DNA from: Planctomycetota bacterium
GTDB lineage: Bacteria; Planctomycetota; UBA11346
Length of the DNA stretch: 64,000 nt
Direction of reading: 5' to 3'
NCBI GenBank assembly: GCA_022841245.1
Contig: JALHRW010000001.1
Location: 15,732 to 79,731 of the forward strand
Shown: piece after piece, positions 29,063 to 39,715 of the stretch
Layout of the letters: every line of letters begins with the position of its first letter
Numbering within the stretch: position 1 is the first letter of the stretch
Notes under the pieces: model-generated
The model's input: only the letters and a program-made list of their open reading frames with translations
Database searches by the model: none
Told to the model about the DNA's origin: nothing
Translations under genes and position numbers: made by a program

Positions 29063-29778
29063 GCCAGCATTCCCGCGGAGCCTTCACCCTGATCGAGCTG
29101 CTGGTCGTGGTGTCGATCATCGCGATCCTCTCCGCCATCCTGCTGCCGGCCATCAGCTTGGTCCGCGGCGCGGCCAATTCATTGAAATGCGGCAACAATC
29201 TGCGGCAATGCGGACTGGCGGTGATCGCCTACGCCGGAGACGAAGGCGGCGTCCTGCCCTACGCCGACCTCAGCGGTACGCCGTGGTGGACCGATCTGAG
29301 CGGGGCGTATCTCGACGATTCCTACCAGAAGACGCTCTACACCGGCAACAATGTCTACCACTGCCCGTGGGCCGAACGCGAGATCGCCAATCCGTGGAAG
29401 GGGGTCGACCGCTTCTCCTTCCACTTCTCGATGAATTCCAAGATCATGGGGGTGTGGAACAAGGGTGCCGGCAGCTGGGACCTCGCCCCGGTGGCTCTGT
29501 CCAAGGTCAGTAGCCAGACGGTGATGCTGGCTGATGGCATGGTCGGGGTATGGAGCGGGCAGGCGTACTTCTGGTGCTACGCCGATGCCACCGGTTACAG
29601 CCCGTGGCCGCTGCAGGGCAGCGCGATCGTTCCTGGCGCTCCGCCGGATCTCAACAACCCGAAGATCGTCAAGCATGGCGGGCGGGTGAACCAGGTCTTC
29701 ATCGATGGGCACGTCGGGCCGGTGAGCGGCACCTGGTCGAAGCCGGCGCAGACCAAGGCCTGGTCGCTGCGTCCCTGA
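29059..29778 (+). CDS. prepilin-type N-terminal cleavage/methylation protein with H-X9-DG motif (DUF1559-like)
   Basis: [45 protein letters not shown]. Confidence 0.92.
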   Translation: MSQHSRGAFTLIELLVVVSIIAILSAILLPAISLVRGAANSLKCGNNLRQCGLAVIAYAGDEGGVLPYADLSGTPWWTDLSGAYLDDSYQKTLYTGNNVYHCPWAEREIANPWKGVDRFSFHFSMNSKIMGVWNKGAGSWDLAPVALSKVSSQTVMLADGMVGVWSGQAYFWCYADATGYSPWPLQGSAIVPGAPPDLNNPKIVKHGGRVNQVFIDGHVGPVSGTWSKPAQTKAWSLRP

Positions 29779-32700
29779 TCACCACTCCAGCACGACGTAC
29801 CTGCTGCCGCTGATGGCATCCAGCGCCTGCAGCAGCGGCTCGGCCGGAGTCGGCGGGCAGGACCAGGCGGTGCCGGCGTAGGGATCGGCCTGCGGTCGGA
29901 TCATCAGCGCCAGATTCGGATCGATGCGGCCGTTCACCCAGCGCGGGATGCCTGCGGGATCGCTGCGTGGCTTCAGCCCGACCCAGAAGGGGCCGGTGAT
30001 CGCCGGGTGGTTGGCGAGCAGGCGCAGGTCGGCACGGTCGAGCGGACAGGGCAGGCGGGCCCCGGCGGCGCTGGCGAGGGCCGCCGCCTCGGCGTGGCCC
30101 AGTTCGGCCGGCAGGGGCAGGCGGTCGTAGGCGCCAATGCGCCGGGCCATGGCCCGCAGCCGGCGCCAGTCCTGTGCCTTGATAGCGGCCTGGATGCGCA
30201 ACGGACCGGCGACCGCGGGCAGGAGCATCTCGCGCTCCAGATGGTCGGCGAGGGCGTCGAGCGCGGTGGCGCTGGCCGCCGTGTCCAGCAGGCTAAGCCG
30301 CTGCAGGCCGCTCACCTGGGTCAGCGCCCACACGTTCGCCACCGGGATGCCGTCGGCGAGCACCTGGTTCAGCGCCCGGCCGGCCAGCGGGCCGAGATCG
30401 CTGATCGCGGTGCCGCGGATGCTGAGGGTGTCGAGCGCCGGCGCCATCAGCGGGGCCAGCGAGGCGACCCGGGTGCGGTCGAGGACCAGGCGCGTGTTGC
30501 GGAACATGGTGATGCCGGCGATCCCCTCCAGGCTGGCGAGCGGCGTTCCGCTCAGGTCGAGCTGGTACAGCGCGAGGCCGGCCAAACTGGCCAGCCCGCT
30601 GACCGGCGTTCCGGCCAGGGTGAGGGATTCGATAGTGGCGCGCGGCAGCGCGCCCAGCTCGCTGACCTGCGTGCCGCTGAGATCGAGCCAGACCAGCCGG
30701 CTGGCGGCCAGCGGCGCGAGGTCGCGCACCGGGCAGCGTTGCACCGACAGGATGCGCAGCGAGACGAAGGGCAGGGGGGCGAGGTCGCTCAGCGGCGCGT
30801 CAGAGACCGCCAGGTCCGCCAGCTGCACGCAGCCGGCCAGCGGCGCCAGGCTGGCCAGGGGGTTCCGTTCAAGGCGGAGGAACTCAATCGGCATGCGTGC
30901 CAGCGGCGCCAGGTCGGTGATCGCGTTGCCCTCCAGGTTGAGACGCTCCATCGGCATGCCGGCGAGCGGGGCGAGGCCGCTGATGCGGTTGCCACCGGCA
31001 TCCAGGCGGACCAGCTGCATGCCGGCGAGCGGAGCGAGGTCGCTGATCAGGTTGTCGGCGCAGACCAGCCGGCGCAGCGGCATGCCGGCGAGCGGAGCGA
31101 GGTCGGCAATGCGGTTGCCGCTGATGTCCAGCGACTCCAGGCGCATGCCGCGCAACGGCGTGAGATCGGCCAGGCCGAGCCCGGCGAGGTCGAGATGCGA
31201 CACCGGCGAGCCGGAGGCGACCAGGCCGAGCAGCGCGGTGAGGGTGGAGGGCGGGACGCCGTCGACGCGCCGGCCGAGCAGGTCGAGGGCGCAGCGCGTG
31301 CCGGGATAGCGTCGCTGGACGCGTCCGGCCAGCTGCAACGCCGGCTGCCAATCGCGGGCCTGCCAGCGGCACAACGCTTCGGCCTGCAAGACGTCGGAGA
31401 GGTACGGCGAGTCCTCCGGGATGCTCTCCTCGGCGAGCCGCAGGAGCTGACGGCGTTCCTCATCGCGATCGGGCAGCCGGGCGGCGACGAGATGGGCCTT
31501 GGCGATCGCCTGATGACGCTGCGCGGGCGGCAAATCGCCGCGCAGGCTAGCCCGGTAGACAGCCAGGGCATCGGCATGATGTCCAGCGTCGGCCAGGGCG
31601 TCGGCGGTGGCGAGGCTCACGGAGGCCGGTGCCCCGGCCGGCTTCTCGACCTCGATGCGCGCCACCTTGACCTGAGCCCAGGTGCGCAGGGCGAGCCAGC
31701 GGAAGCTGCTGTCACCGATCGGCACCACCTCGCGCTGGTCCCATACGACCGTTCCGTCGACGCGCAGGCGCAGGTGCTCGCCCTGACGCTCCAGCTCCAG
31801 GCGGTAGCGCCGGCCCGGGGTGAAGGCGAAGGCGATCGGCGCCGGGCGCAGCGGCCAGCCCGCCTCCGCGCTGGAGGAGAGGAAGGTCTGGGTGCCACGG
31901 AACCCGCCGAACTGGCAGGAGTACCCCGGCTGGGTCATGAACGAGGCCGGCGGCTGGATGCGCGGCGCCGCCAACATCAGTTCGATGCCGTCGATCTGCC
32001 TGGTCCAGGTGACGTCGATGCCCAGGCGGACATCGCCGCGGCCGTCGACGCTGCGCAGCCAGACGATGCGGCCCGGCGGCAGGGACAGCCCGTCCCCGTC
32101 GGGCGGGGCGAGTGGTTCGGCAAGGTGCACGTCACGCCAGGTCGACTCCAGGCCGCTGGTGCCGGCGCCGCGGCTGAAGTCCCACTGCGTCTCGCTGCGC
32201 CAGGTGGAGGCGGCCTCCTGCCGCCAGGTCCACACCGCCACCGCCGCGATCAGCAGCAGCACCCCGGCGAGGACGGCGAAGCTCCAGCGCCGCCGCTGGT
32301 TGCGCGCCTGCAGCAGGTGCAGTTCGGCGTTCACCGCCGCGTGGGTCGCTCCGGAGAGCTGGCCGAGATGGCCGCTGGCGCCGGCCTCGTCGCCCTCGCG
32401 GATCGCGGCGATCGCCTGCGCCCCCTCGGCGCTCGACAGGCCATCCAGGGCGGCGGGGTTACCCGGCCAGAGTGCGAGGGCTGAACGGAGGGTGGTGGCC
32501 ACCAGGCGGGCCTCGCCGTGCCCCTGGGCGGCAGCGGCCAGCTCGTGCTCGGCCTGCAGGGTGATGGCGACGCTCTCCAGGCGCTGCATCCAGCCGCGCA
32601 GCGCGGTGAGCAGTTCCTCCATGCCCTGCCAGCGCAGAGCGGGATCGGGAGCCATGCCCTTGCGCGCGATGGCCAGCAGGTCGGCAGGCACGCGGCAGCG

Positions 32701-33126
32701 GATATCGCTGGGCAGGGGATCCTGCTCGCCGGCCTGCTTGCGCCGGTGGAAGCGGGTGAGGTTCTCTTCGACCACCAGGGGCGGACGCAGGGTCAGCAGC
32801 TCCCACAGGATGGCACCGAGGCCGTACATGTCCCCAGCCGCTGTGGCCGGTGCGCCGGCGGCGCATTCCGGTGCACGGTAGGCGTCTGTCGCCTCCGCTT
32901 CTCCACCCCAGCCGTCCAGGCCGACTCCGCCCTGGGGCGAGACCAGGACGTGCGCCGGCCGCATAGCACCATGGTAGCGGCCCTCGGCATGCGCCTCCTG
33001 CAGCATGGTGGCCAGGCGGCAGACCAGCTGGAGGCGGTCGATGAAACCGGCCAGGTCAGCGGGTGGCTGCGGCTGCGCGGCGCGCAGCAGGCGGTCGAGC
33101 GGCTGCGGGGGATCGGCTGGGTTCAT
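29779..33126 (-). CDS. membrane pseudokinase with lectin-like, TPR-like and leucine-rich-repeat extracytoplasmic domains
   Basis: Kinase C-lobe only (HGAMRPAHVL, YRAPE, DMYGLGAILWELLT), TM helix, more than 12 internalin-like LRRs (LDISGNRIADLAPLAGMP), terminal FWVGL..RWVNG. Confidence 0.8.
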   Translation of the reverse strand: MNPADPPQPLDRLLRAAQPQPPADLAGFIDRLQLVCRLATMLQEAHAEGRYHGAMRPAHVLVSPQGGVGLDGWGGEAEATDAYRAPECAAGAPATAAGDMYGLGAILWELLTLRPPLVVEENLTRFHRRKQAGEQDPLPSDIRCRVPADLLAIARKGMAPDPALRWQGMEELLTALRGWMQRLESVAITLQAEHELAAAAQGHGEARLVATTLRSALALWPGNPAALDGLSSAEGAQAIAAIREGDEAGASGHLGQLSGATHAAVNAELHLLQARNQRRRWSFAVLAGVLLLIAAVAVWTWRQEAASTWRSETQWDFSRGAGTSGLESTWRDVHLAEPLAPPDGDGLSLPPGRIVWLRSVDGRGDVRLGIDVTWTRQIDGIELMLAAPRIQPPASFMTQPGYSCQFGGFRGTQTFLSSSAEAGWPLRPAPIAFAFTPGRRYRLELERQGEHLRLRVDGTVVWDQREVVPIGDSSFRWLALRTWAQVKVARIEVEKPAGAPASVSLATADALADAGHHADALAVYRASLRGDLPPAQRHQAIAKAHLVAARLPDRDEERRQLLRLAEESIPEDSPYLSDVLQAEALCRWQARDWQPALQLAGRVQRRYPGTRCALDLLGRRVDGVPPSTLTALLGLVASGSPVSHLDLAGLGLADLTPLRGMRLESLDISGNRIADLAPLAGMPLRRLVCADNLISDLAPLAGMQLVRLDAGGNRISGLAPLAGMPMERLNLEGNAITDLAPLARMPIEFLRLERNPLASLAPLAGCVQLADLAVSDAPLSDLAPLPFVSLRILSVQRCPVRDLAPLAASRLVWLDLSGTQVSELGALPRATIESLTLAGTPVSGLASLAGLALYQLDLSGTPLASLEGIAGITMFRNTRLVLDRTRVASLAPLMAPALDTLSIRGTAISDLGPLAGRALNQVLADGIPVANVWALTQVSGLQRLSLLDTAASATALDALADHLEREMLLPAVAGPLRIQAAIKAQDWRRLRAMARRIGAYDRLPLPAELGHAEAAALASAAGARLPCPLDRADLRLLANHPAITGPFWVGLKPRSDPAGIPRWVNGRIDPNLALMIRPQADPYAGTAWSCPPTPAEPLLQALDAISGSRYVVLEW
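30955..31150. repeat. 63-bp tandem coding repeats of the LRR block
   Basis: catgccggcgagcgg recurs at 30955, 31018 and 31081 (21-aa period). Confidence 0.8.
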
Positions 33127-36100
33127 GGGTAGGCCCGGTTGAGATAGCCGCGGTAGTAGCTGTGCACGGGGTGCTGGAACATCAGCACCGCGTCCTCGAG
33201 GTTGCCTGGCACGCCACCGCGCGTGACGTTGCCGTCGGGATCGACCAGCAGGGCGGATTCCAGATACTGCTCGGAGACGGCGCGGCCGATGAAGTTGTCG
33301 AACAGTTCGCCGCGTACGCGGATCTTGTACTGGCGGCTGCGCTCGAGGGTGAGGCAGCCGGTGAGCGAGAACGCGGTCAGGCGGCTGGCGGGATCACCGG
33401 TGGCGGGATCGCCGGGCTGCGCTCCCACGCCCGGGCCATCGCCGTTGCCGAACGCGGGCTTCCAGCAGGTCAGGCCGCAATCGGCATCGGCAGCGCTGGC
33501 GACCAGGTAGCCGCTGCAGAACACCCTGTTGTCGCCATCGAAGTCCTTGGGCCGGAACGACTCCTTGTACGCCTCGGCGGCGCCGAAGAAGCTCAGCCGC
33601 CAGTCGTTGAGCACGCGCTCCATCATCTTCGCCCGGGCCCGCGCGACCCGGGTCGGCTGCGTGTCGATGGTGGTCCCGGGGACGTAGCCAGGATCGTTGC
33701 CGGCATTCCACTCGTCGAGCAGCCACAGCTTGTGCGGTGGGACGTTGACGCCGCTCTGTGCGTCGGTGCTCAGCGGGGTCAGGGTCGGAGCACCGCCCAT
33801 GGTGGTGTCGATCGGGGTCAGCAGGGTGCGGATGTTGTTGGTTACTCGGTACTCGGCGACGTTCAGGCTGGTGGCGCTCTGGTAGTTGGACACCGTGGTG
33901 TCCCAGCCCGTCCCCTGGAACATGACGTAGCGCGCAGGCCGGACGGCATGCTGGTCGGAGGGCAGGCGCCTGCCCGGATGGTCGAAGCTCTCGCCGAGGT
34001 TGGCGAGGAACTGGCGGTCGAGGTGCTCGATGGTGGTGAAGTCGGCGGCGCCCGGCAGCCAGCTGTCGCCACCTTTCGGGTCGCTGGCATGCTTGGCCGC
34101 GAACCGTCCCTTGCGCACGTACGAGGTGGCGTTCACCAGGTCCGGCGTGGCGGTATAGTTGATGCCGAGGCTGGCCGGACTCGGGCTCCACAATGTCTGG
34201 GAGCGCACATCCTGGCGGTTGGCCCAGGCGAGGTTGGCCGCCTGGTTGACGTAGACGCTGTGCCAGAAGGCCAAGGCCAGGCGCAGGTAGTAGGAGTTGA
34301 GGTAGATGCCGCTGGCCGGCGAGCCGTGGGCGCCGGCGCTGCGCGATACCGACCACCCCTCTGGCGTGATAACATTGAGCGGCGCGGGGCCGCGGGCGGA
34401 GGGATGCAGGGCCAAGGCCGACAGCTTGTTCGCCAGCGACCAGGAGGCTGCCGGATAGGTCTCGCCATTGACGTCGATCGGTACCGGCGGGGTGTAGACC
34501 TTGATGTAGGAACCGCGGTAGGGCGACAGCCTGCCATCCGAACCGGCGCCGGCGATGCCCGGGCCGAAGGGGTGGGCAGGGACGAACTCCGCGGCCCAGT
34601 TGCTGAAGGTGAAGGTGGTGGCGTTGAAGAATGGCGAGAGGAACTTGAGGCTGGTGCCGACCGCCGGTGGCGAGCCGGCGACATTGTCCGCCTTGTAGAA
34701 CACGATGTGCCGGCCGAGGTGGTCGGAACCAACTATCGGCGGGTAGACGTTCGATGAGATGTTGCTCCAGCGGGTGGTCCAGTTGATGCCTACCCCGGGC
34801 CGGTTGGAGTCGTCGGCGGACGAGGTGTGGGCAACCGTGCAGATGAACCAGTTGCCGCCGTTCTCGACCCGGCTGTTGAGCGCGTAGGCGGTCGAGTTGG
34901 TCCAGGCCGGCGGCGCGCTCAGCGGCGTGGCGTCGCGTTGCATCTGGCGCGGATTGCAGCTCGATCCGGCATGCGCGGTAACGTTGTCCGCCGCCAGGGC
35001 GCGCCAGGCCACCGGGCTCTGGGCCGCGGGTTCACGGGCGGCATCGCTGAAGAACAGTTCCCCTGGATAGCGCTGTGCATTGGCCCGGCCGTCGATCACC
35101 GGCACGTGGCTCGCACGCCAGGTCGCCGGCGCGTTCGGCGCCCCGACCGGTGTCGACCAGTAGTCCCGCATCGCCGGTGGAGCGTAGGCGAACGGCACCG
35201 CTCCGGCGGGCTGGAAGGAGCTGGTGAACAGGTCCGGCCCCTGGCCGTCGACCGTGAGGTTGGCGGCGGCCGGGATCAGCCAGGTGATCGCCTTGCTGTT
35301 GCCGGCATCCCAGGCGAAGGTGGTGTTGGCGCCGCTGACCGTCCTGATCCAGGGGACGCAGGTCTCGCTAGTGATTGCGACGCCGCGTACCGCCGGCGGG
35401 ATGTAGGCTGCGACCATCGCCTCGATCACGCGTGGCGCGACCATCAACGCGTTCAGCGCCCAGGGGTGGTCGGTGCCGGCGCCTTGCGGCCGGCCGAAGG
35501 GGGTGGTGCAGCGCTGCGCCACCAGATCGCCGCGCACTCGCGACTCGTTGTCCTTGATCTCGCCGGCCATGTGCCAGTTGCTCTTCGAGCCCTGCATGGC
35601 GAAGCCGAGGTCGCTGAAGGAGGTGATGGCGCTGCCGATCCAGGTTCCGCCCGGATCGTTCCAGCGCATGGCCGGGCTGCCGAAGACGCAATGCAGGGCG
35701 CGACCGCCCGGGGGGGCGTCGGGCGAACGGTACCACATGGCGCCACCGCCGCGTCCGGGCCATTCGCGCGGCTGCCCGTTCACGAACAGGCTGTTGGCGT
35801 AGGCGCCCTGGCCGAGGAAGATGGCTTCCATGCTGTCGCTGCGGTCGTAATCGAGGCCGGCGAACTGCGCCCCGACCGCGTAGACGGATTCCTTGTAGGC
35901 GGTCTGGCACTGCATCCGGGCCGCGGCATCCAGCCAGGGCATGTCGGTGTTGAGCCACAACGCGGCCGACATGTCGTCGATGCCGACGGCGTAGCGCAAC
36001 CGGTAGCGAGCATCCGCCACGCTGGTCACCGGACGGCAGTCGGCGTCGAGCAGCAGCGGGTTGTCGCCGGGATGCGCCTTGGTGATTACGGCGCCGCGCA

Positions 36101-36710
36101 CGAACGGTTCGACCGGCGGGAAGGGGGTCTTGACCGCCGCCGGGTTCGGCGTGGTGGTCGAATAGAGGTCGTAGGTCGACGGGTCGTACAGCGCTCCTGG
36201 CCCGGTCGCCTTGAAGCTGAAGCGGTTGGCCTCGAACCATCGGGCGAACCCCGGTTTGACTACCGTGCCGTTCGAAAACCCGATGGTGCGGCCGGTCGTG
36301 ATACCGAAGAAGTGCAGATTCTGCAGGGCCAGGTCCGGTCCCATGTCGTACGGCTGTGGCGTCTGGATGTGCACCTCGCTGCTCGACTTCCGCCGCGACA
36401 GCAGCTGAAAGACGTTGCTGTTGGGCGAATCGTAGTGGCTGCGCGCCGGCACGGTGAGGTTGTCGCGCACCTCGTCGGCCATGGCGTATTCGTGCAGGCA
36501 CACCGTCATCGCGTGCTGCATGCCCATGTCGGCAGCCAGCCGGGCGAGATCGTCCTTGCGCTGTACCAGGCTGGTGCCGCGCGACATCTGCATCGAGCGC
36601 AGGAACGAGAACGCGATCACCAGCATGATCGTGGTGAGGCCCATGAGGAAGAGCAGGACGCTCGCTTGCCTGCTGCGGCCGTGGGATCGGGAACCGGGTG
36701 CTGCGGGCAT
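33123..36710 (-). CDS. giant GspK/PilX-like minor pilin with embedded CBM5/12-like module
   Basis: RQA-SVLLFLMGLTTIMLVIAFSF (no Glu5), ARLAADMGMQHA, internal AWTNSTAYALNSRVENGGNWFICTVAHTS...W, C-terminal YKIRVRGE. Confidence 0.75.
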   Translation of the reverse strand: MPAAPGSRSHGRSRQASVLLFLMGLTTIMLVIAFSFLRSMQMSRGTSLVQRKDDLARLAADMGMQHAMTVCLHEYAMADEVRDNLTVPARSHYDSPNSNVFQLLSRRKSSSEVHIQTPQPYDMGPDLALQNLHFFGITTGRTIGFSNGTVVKPGFARWFEANRFSFKATGPGALYDPSTYDLYSTTTPNPAAVKTPFPPVEPFVRGAVITKAHPGDNPLLLDADCRPVTSVADARYRLRYAVGIDDMSAALWLNTDMPWLDAAARMQCQTAYKESVYAVGAQFAGLDYDRSDSMEAIFLGQGAYANSLFVNGQPREWPGRGGGAMWYRSPDAPPGGRALHCVFGSPAMRWNDPGGTWIGSAITSFSDLGFAMQGSKSNWHMAGEIKDNESRVRGDLVAQRCTTPFGRPQGAGTDHPWALNALMVAPRVIEAMVAAYIPPAVRGVAITSETCVPWIRTVSGANTTFAWDAGNSKAITWLIPAAANLTVDGQGPDLFTSSFQPAGAVPFAYAPPAMRDYWSTPVGAPNAPATWRASHVPVIDGRANAQRYPGELFFSDAAREPAAQSPVAWRALAADNVTAHAGSSCNPRQMQRDATPLSAPPAWTNSTAYALNSRVENGGNWFICTVAHTSSADDSNRPGVGINWTTRWSNISSNVYPPIVGSDHLGRHIVFYKADNVAGSPPAVGTSLKFLSPFFNATTFTFSNWAAEFVPAHPFGPGIAGAGSDGRLSPYRGSYIKVYTPPVPIDVNGETYPAASWSLANKLSALALHPSARGPAPLNVITPEGWSVSRSAGAHGSPASGIYLNSYYLRLALAFWHSVYVNQAANLAWANRQDVRSQTLWSPSPASLGINYTATPDLVNATSYVRKGRFAAKHASDPKGGDSWLPGAADFTTIEHLDRQFLANLGESFDHPGRRLPSDQHAVRPARYVMFQGTGWDTTVSNYQSATSLNVAEYRVTNNIRTLLTPIDTTMGGAPTLTPLSTDAQSGVNVPPHKLWLLDEWNAGNDPGYVPGTTIDTQPTRVARARAKMMERVLNDWRLSFFGAAEAYKESFRPKDFDGDNRVFCSGYLVASAADADCGLTCWKPAFGNGDGPGVGAQPGDPATGDPASRLTAFSLTGCLTLERSRQYKIRVRGELFDNFIGRAVSEQYLESALLVDPDGNVTRGGVPGNLEDAVLMFQHPVHSYYRGYLNRAYP

Positions 36711-36717
36711 GGGCGGC

Positions 36718-37701
36718 TCAGGGTCCGGGGTTGGCGGTCAGGCCGGGCGCGGCGATGGAGAAGGAGAAGTCCTGGGAGATGGTCTCCTGATCATCGGCCA
36801 GGTTCATCGCGATGCGGATGAGGCGCGGCCGCCTGGCGAGCTGGCCGCGGTAGTCGTTCCCGGCCGGCCCGCGCGCATCCATGTATAGGCCGTCGATGCT
36901 GTGCACCGCGGCGCTGCCGCTGCCGACCGTCACCTGGCTGCCGCCGGCATCGAGCCAGCCGATGGTCAGGTCGCGCACCCGGGTGGAGCTGAGCCGCTCA
37001 TTGCGGTCGAGATCGGCGAGATCGCCGATGTCGGACATGAAGTCCGACTGTTCGAGCAGCACCCTGGCGTCGGGCGTGTTATAGCGGTTGAAGTCGAGCG
37101 AGGCGATGCCGCCGGATGCGTCGCGCAACGGTCGCGGCAGATTGAGGAAGAGCAGGCCGCCGGAGTCGCCGCCGTCGGGCTTCTGCAGCTGGGTGCCCTG
37201 GTCCCACACGCTGGCGTTGGCGCCGACGATGCCGCGATCGACCTGCCAGCGCCTGGTGCCGCTGCTCTGCGAGCGGTAGAGCGCGTGCGCCGCGATCTTC
37301 CATACTCCGTCCACCTGGCGCCAGGTGCGCTTGAAGCGCCAGCGGATCCAGTGGTGGTCGGACATGAACTGCTCGCGGATGTCCTCGGAGAACTGCGTGC
37401 GCAGCGGATTGGCGGTGCGCATGCACACCACTTCGACGCTGTCGCTGCGCTCGCTGCCGACCACCACGCCGGGCGCGCTGCGCGCGAAGAAGGCGACGGC
37501 TGGCGCCAGGTTGGCGAAGTCGCGCTGCAGGAACTCGCGGTAGACCGCCGCCGACTGGTGCAATTCGACCCGGGCGGTGGTGCGCGCCGCTGCGGCCTTC
37601 GACTTGACCAGTGCTGACCATGCGAGGGTCATCAGCAGCATCCCCAGGGCGATGGAGACGAGTAGTTCGATCAGCGTGATGCCGTGCCGCGAACGCATCA
37701 C
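36718..37701 (-). CDS. GspJ/PilW-like prepilin protein
   Basis: RHG-ITLIELLVSIALGMLLM, FLQRDFAN, C-terminal PRLIRIAM. Confidence 0.85.
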   Translation of the reverse strand: MMRSRHGITLIELLVSIALGMLLMTLAWSALVKSKAAAARTTARVELHQSAAVYREFLQRDFANLAPAVAFFARSAPGVVVGSERSDSVEVVCMRTANPLRTQFSEDIREQFMSDHHWIRWRFKRTWRQVDGVWKIAAHALYRSQSSGTRRWQVDRGIVGANASVWDQGTQLQKPDGGDSGGLLFLNLPRPLRDASGGIASLDFNRYNTPDARVLLEQSDFMSDIGDLADLDRNERLSSTRVRDLTIGWLDAGGSQVTVGSGSAAVHSIDGLYMDARGPAGNDYRGQLARRPRLIRIAMNLADDQETISQDFSFSIAAPGLTANPGP

Positions 37702-38282
37702 AGGCCCCCGCTGCGCAGCACGCGGTCGACCACGCTGGCCAGGGGCTTGCTCTCGGCCGGCCCGTAGCTGGCCCAGTAGACGTCGACGCGCACCTCGACC
37801 AGGCGCGTGGTGTCGTTCAACCGGTCGCTGGCCAGCGACTGTTCGCGGCGTTCGACGTAGTAGCCGTTGAGCCAGCCGGAAGCGCAGCCGGGGGCGGGGG
37901 TGCCGGCGGTGAACAGGCCGGCGTTGTTGGCCTTGGGATCGGCCATGTCGTAGACCACGACCGGGGCGGCGGAAGTGACGTCCCAGCCGGTGTACGACCA
38001 GACCGGCGTCGCCGTGCCGTCACTGGCGTTCCAGGTGGCGCCGGTCCTGCTCCAGGTCCACGGTGTGCTCTGCCCGGTGAGCGGATCCGAGGTGACGCCG
38101 AGCGGCAGGGGGTCCTTGAGCACGGTCATGGCGGTGGCCCACGCCGAGGCCTCGGCCTGGGCGGAGGCCGCGGTGCGCACGCCGAAGAGGAAGACGCCGA
38201 TCACCGACATCGTCCCCACCGCGAAGAGCAGAATGCAGGCGAGGATCTCGACCAGGGTGAAGGCGCGGTGGCGTGCGGTCAT
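37698..38282 (-). CDS. GspI/PilV-like prepilin protein
   Basis: HRA-FTLVEILACILLFAVGTMSVIGVF, C-terminal LVEVRVDVYW. Start 38282 overlaps the upstream stop. Confidence 0.85.
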   Translation of the reverse strand: MTARHRAFTLVEILACILLFAVGTMSVIGVFLFGVRTAASAQAEASAWATAMTVLKDPLPLGVTSDPLTGQSTPWTWSRTGATWNASDGTATPVWSYTGWDVTSAAPVVVYDMADPKANNAGLFTAGTPAPGCASGWLNGYYVERREQSLASDRLNDTTRLVEVRVDVYWASYGPAESKPLASVVDRVLRSGGL

Positions 38283-39715
38283 TTCAGCCACACTTGCCTC
38301 TCGCTGAGCATGGTCGGGGTGACGAAGTCGGTGATCGGCCGGCCCTGGACCGCGCCCCGGCCCTGACCGAAGCCGCCCAGGACGCTGCCGTCGAGGTGGC
38401 GGTCGGCGGGGAAGTTCACCTGCATGTTGCCGGCGTTGCGCCACCACGTGGCCGCGGGCGGGAAGGTGGTCAGGCCCTGCAGGTGATCGCTGCGCGACAC
38501 CGCGATCACGCGCACCTCGCCGAGGCGGGTGACGAAGACGCGGTACAGCGGCGAGATCGAGGCAAGCGCGGCTTGCGCGGTGTCGAAGCGGTCGTTGTCG
38601 TCCAGGCTATCTGGCGCGATGGTGATGAACCAGCCGCCGCTGTCCTGGTCGAAGTTGCCGGCTTCGGCCTGGGTGTGCTGGTTGACATCGCCGCTGTAGG
38701 TAGCGAGCCCGCTGCCGTTGCAGCGGTCGTTGGCGCCGCGCAGGAAGGCCGGTCCGGCAGCGGTGTTCTTGCCGTTCCACAGGTAGGGGCTGTGCCGTCC
38801 CGGCATCCAGTTGCCCCAGCGCACCTCGCCGGTGCTGAGGAAGACGAGCGAGCAGTCGCGCCAGGCGGCGTCGATCAGCGGACGTGGGGTCCCGGCGGTG
38901 TAGAGGACATCGCCGGAGGGCTGGTTGGGGATGGTGAGCGCCTCGTTGCAGCGGTAGTTGGTCTGCCCCACATCCCAATGCGCGAGGCTGCGGGTGGCGG
39001 TGTGCTCGCAGGTGGTCGGTCTGGGATCCCGGATGCCGATCGGGACAGTGCCGGTGGCGGTCGTGACGATGGTGCGATCCATGCCCCAGTAGAAGAAGCC
39101 GCTGCCGTCGACCGTCGGATCGTAGCCGCCCCACGGCCACAGGCGCTTGTTCACCGCATCGTACCAGCCGAACCATGGGCGCGGATAGGAATCGTGCGCC
39201 GACACGCCGCGGTACGCCCCCGAGATGTCGGTGATGTCGCCGTAGTCCATGTCGCTCAGGGCGAGGAGGCGCGCTTTGCCCGCCGGCAGCACATGCGCCT
39301 CATCAGCCCAGGCGCGATCGATCAATTCAGCGGTCTCGAACAGCGAGTGCGGCTTGAAGTTGTAGCCGGCGGCTGCGATCGCCGGCAGATCGTCGTATAT
39401 CTGCGGTCGATCGGCGGTGTCGGCGGTGCCCGGCCCCAGGATGCGGTACCAGTGGCCACCGGAACGGTTGTTGAGCACGAGCCCGCTGCTGCCCGGCTTG
39501 TTCTGGATGTGGAAGACCACGGCGTGCACCGTCTTGCGCTCCATCGCCAGGGCGCGGGCCCGGCGGCATGTGGCCGCCAGCTCGTCAGCCGCGGCCTTCA
39601 CCGCCTGCCGGCGCACATCGGTCTTGGCGAAGTCGTAGCTCACCATGCCCATGAGCAGGGCGATGATGCCGATGACCACCAGCAGCTCGATCAGGCTGAA
39701 GCCGAGGCGATTCAC
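38279..39715 (-). CDS. GspH/FimT-like prepilin protein, enlarged
   Basis: RLG-FSLIELLVVIGIIALL, AADELAATCRRARALAM, LVFLSTG. Confidence 0.85.
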   Translation of the reverse strand: MNRLGFSLIELLVVIGIIALLMGMVSYDFAKTDVRRQAVKAAADELAATCRRARALAMERKTVHAVVFHIQNKPGSSGLVLNNRSGGHWYRILGPGTADTADRPQIYDDLPAIAAAGYNFKPHSLFETAELIDRAWADEAHVLPAGKARLLALSDMDYGDITDISGAYRGVSAHDSYPRPWFGWYDAVNKRLWPWGGYDPTVDGSGFFYWGMDRTIVTTATGTVPIGIRDPRPTTCEHTATRSLAHWDVGQTNYRCNEALTIPNQPSGDVLYTAGTPRPLIDAAWRDCSLVFLSTGEVRWGNWMPGRHSPYLWNGKNTAAGPAFLRGANDRCNGSGLATYSGDVNQHTQAEAGNFDQDSGGWFITIAPDSLDDNDRFDTAQAALASISPLYRVFVTRLGEVRVIAVSRSDHLQGLTTFPPAATWWRNAGNMQVNFPADRHLDGSVLGGFGQGRGAVQGRPITDFVTPTMLSERQVWLK

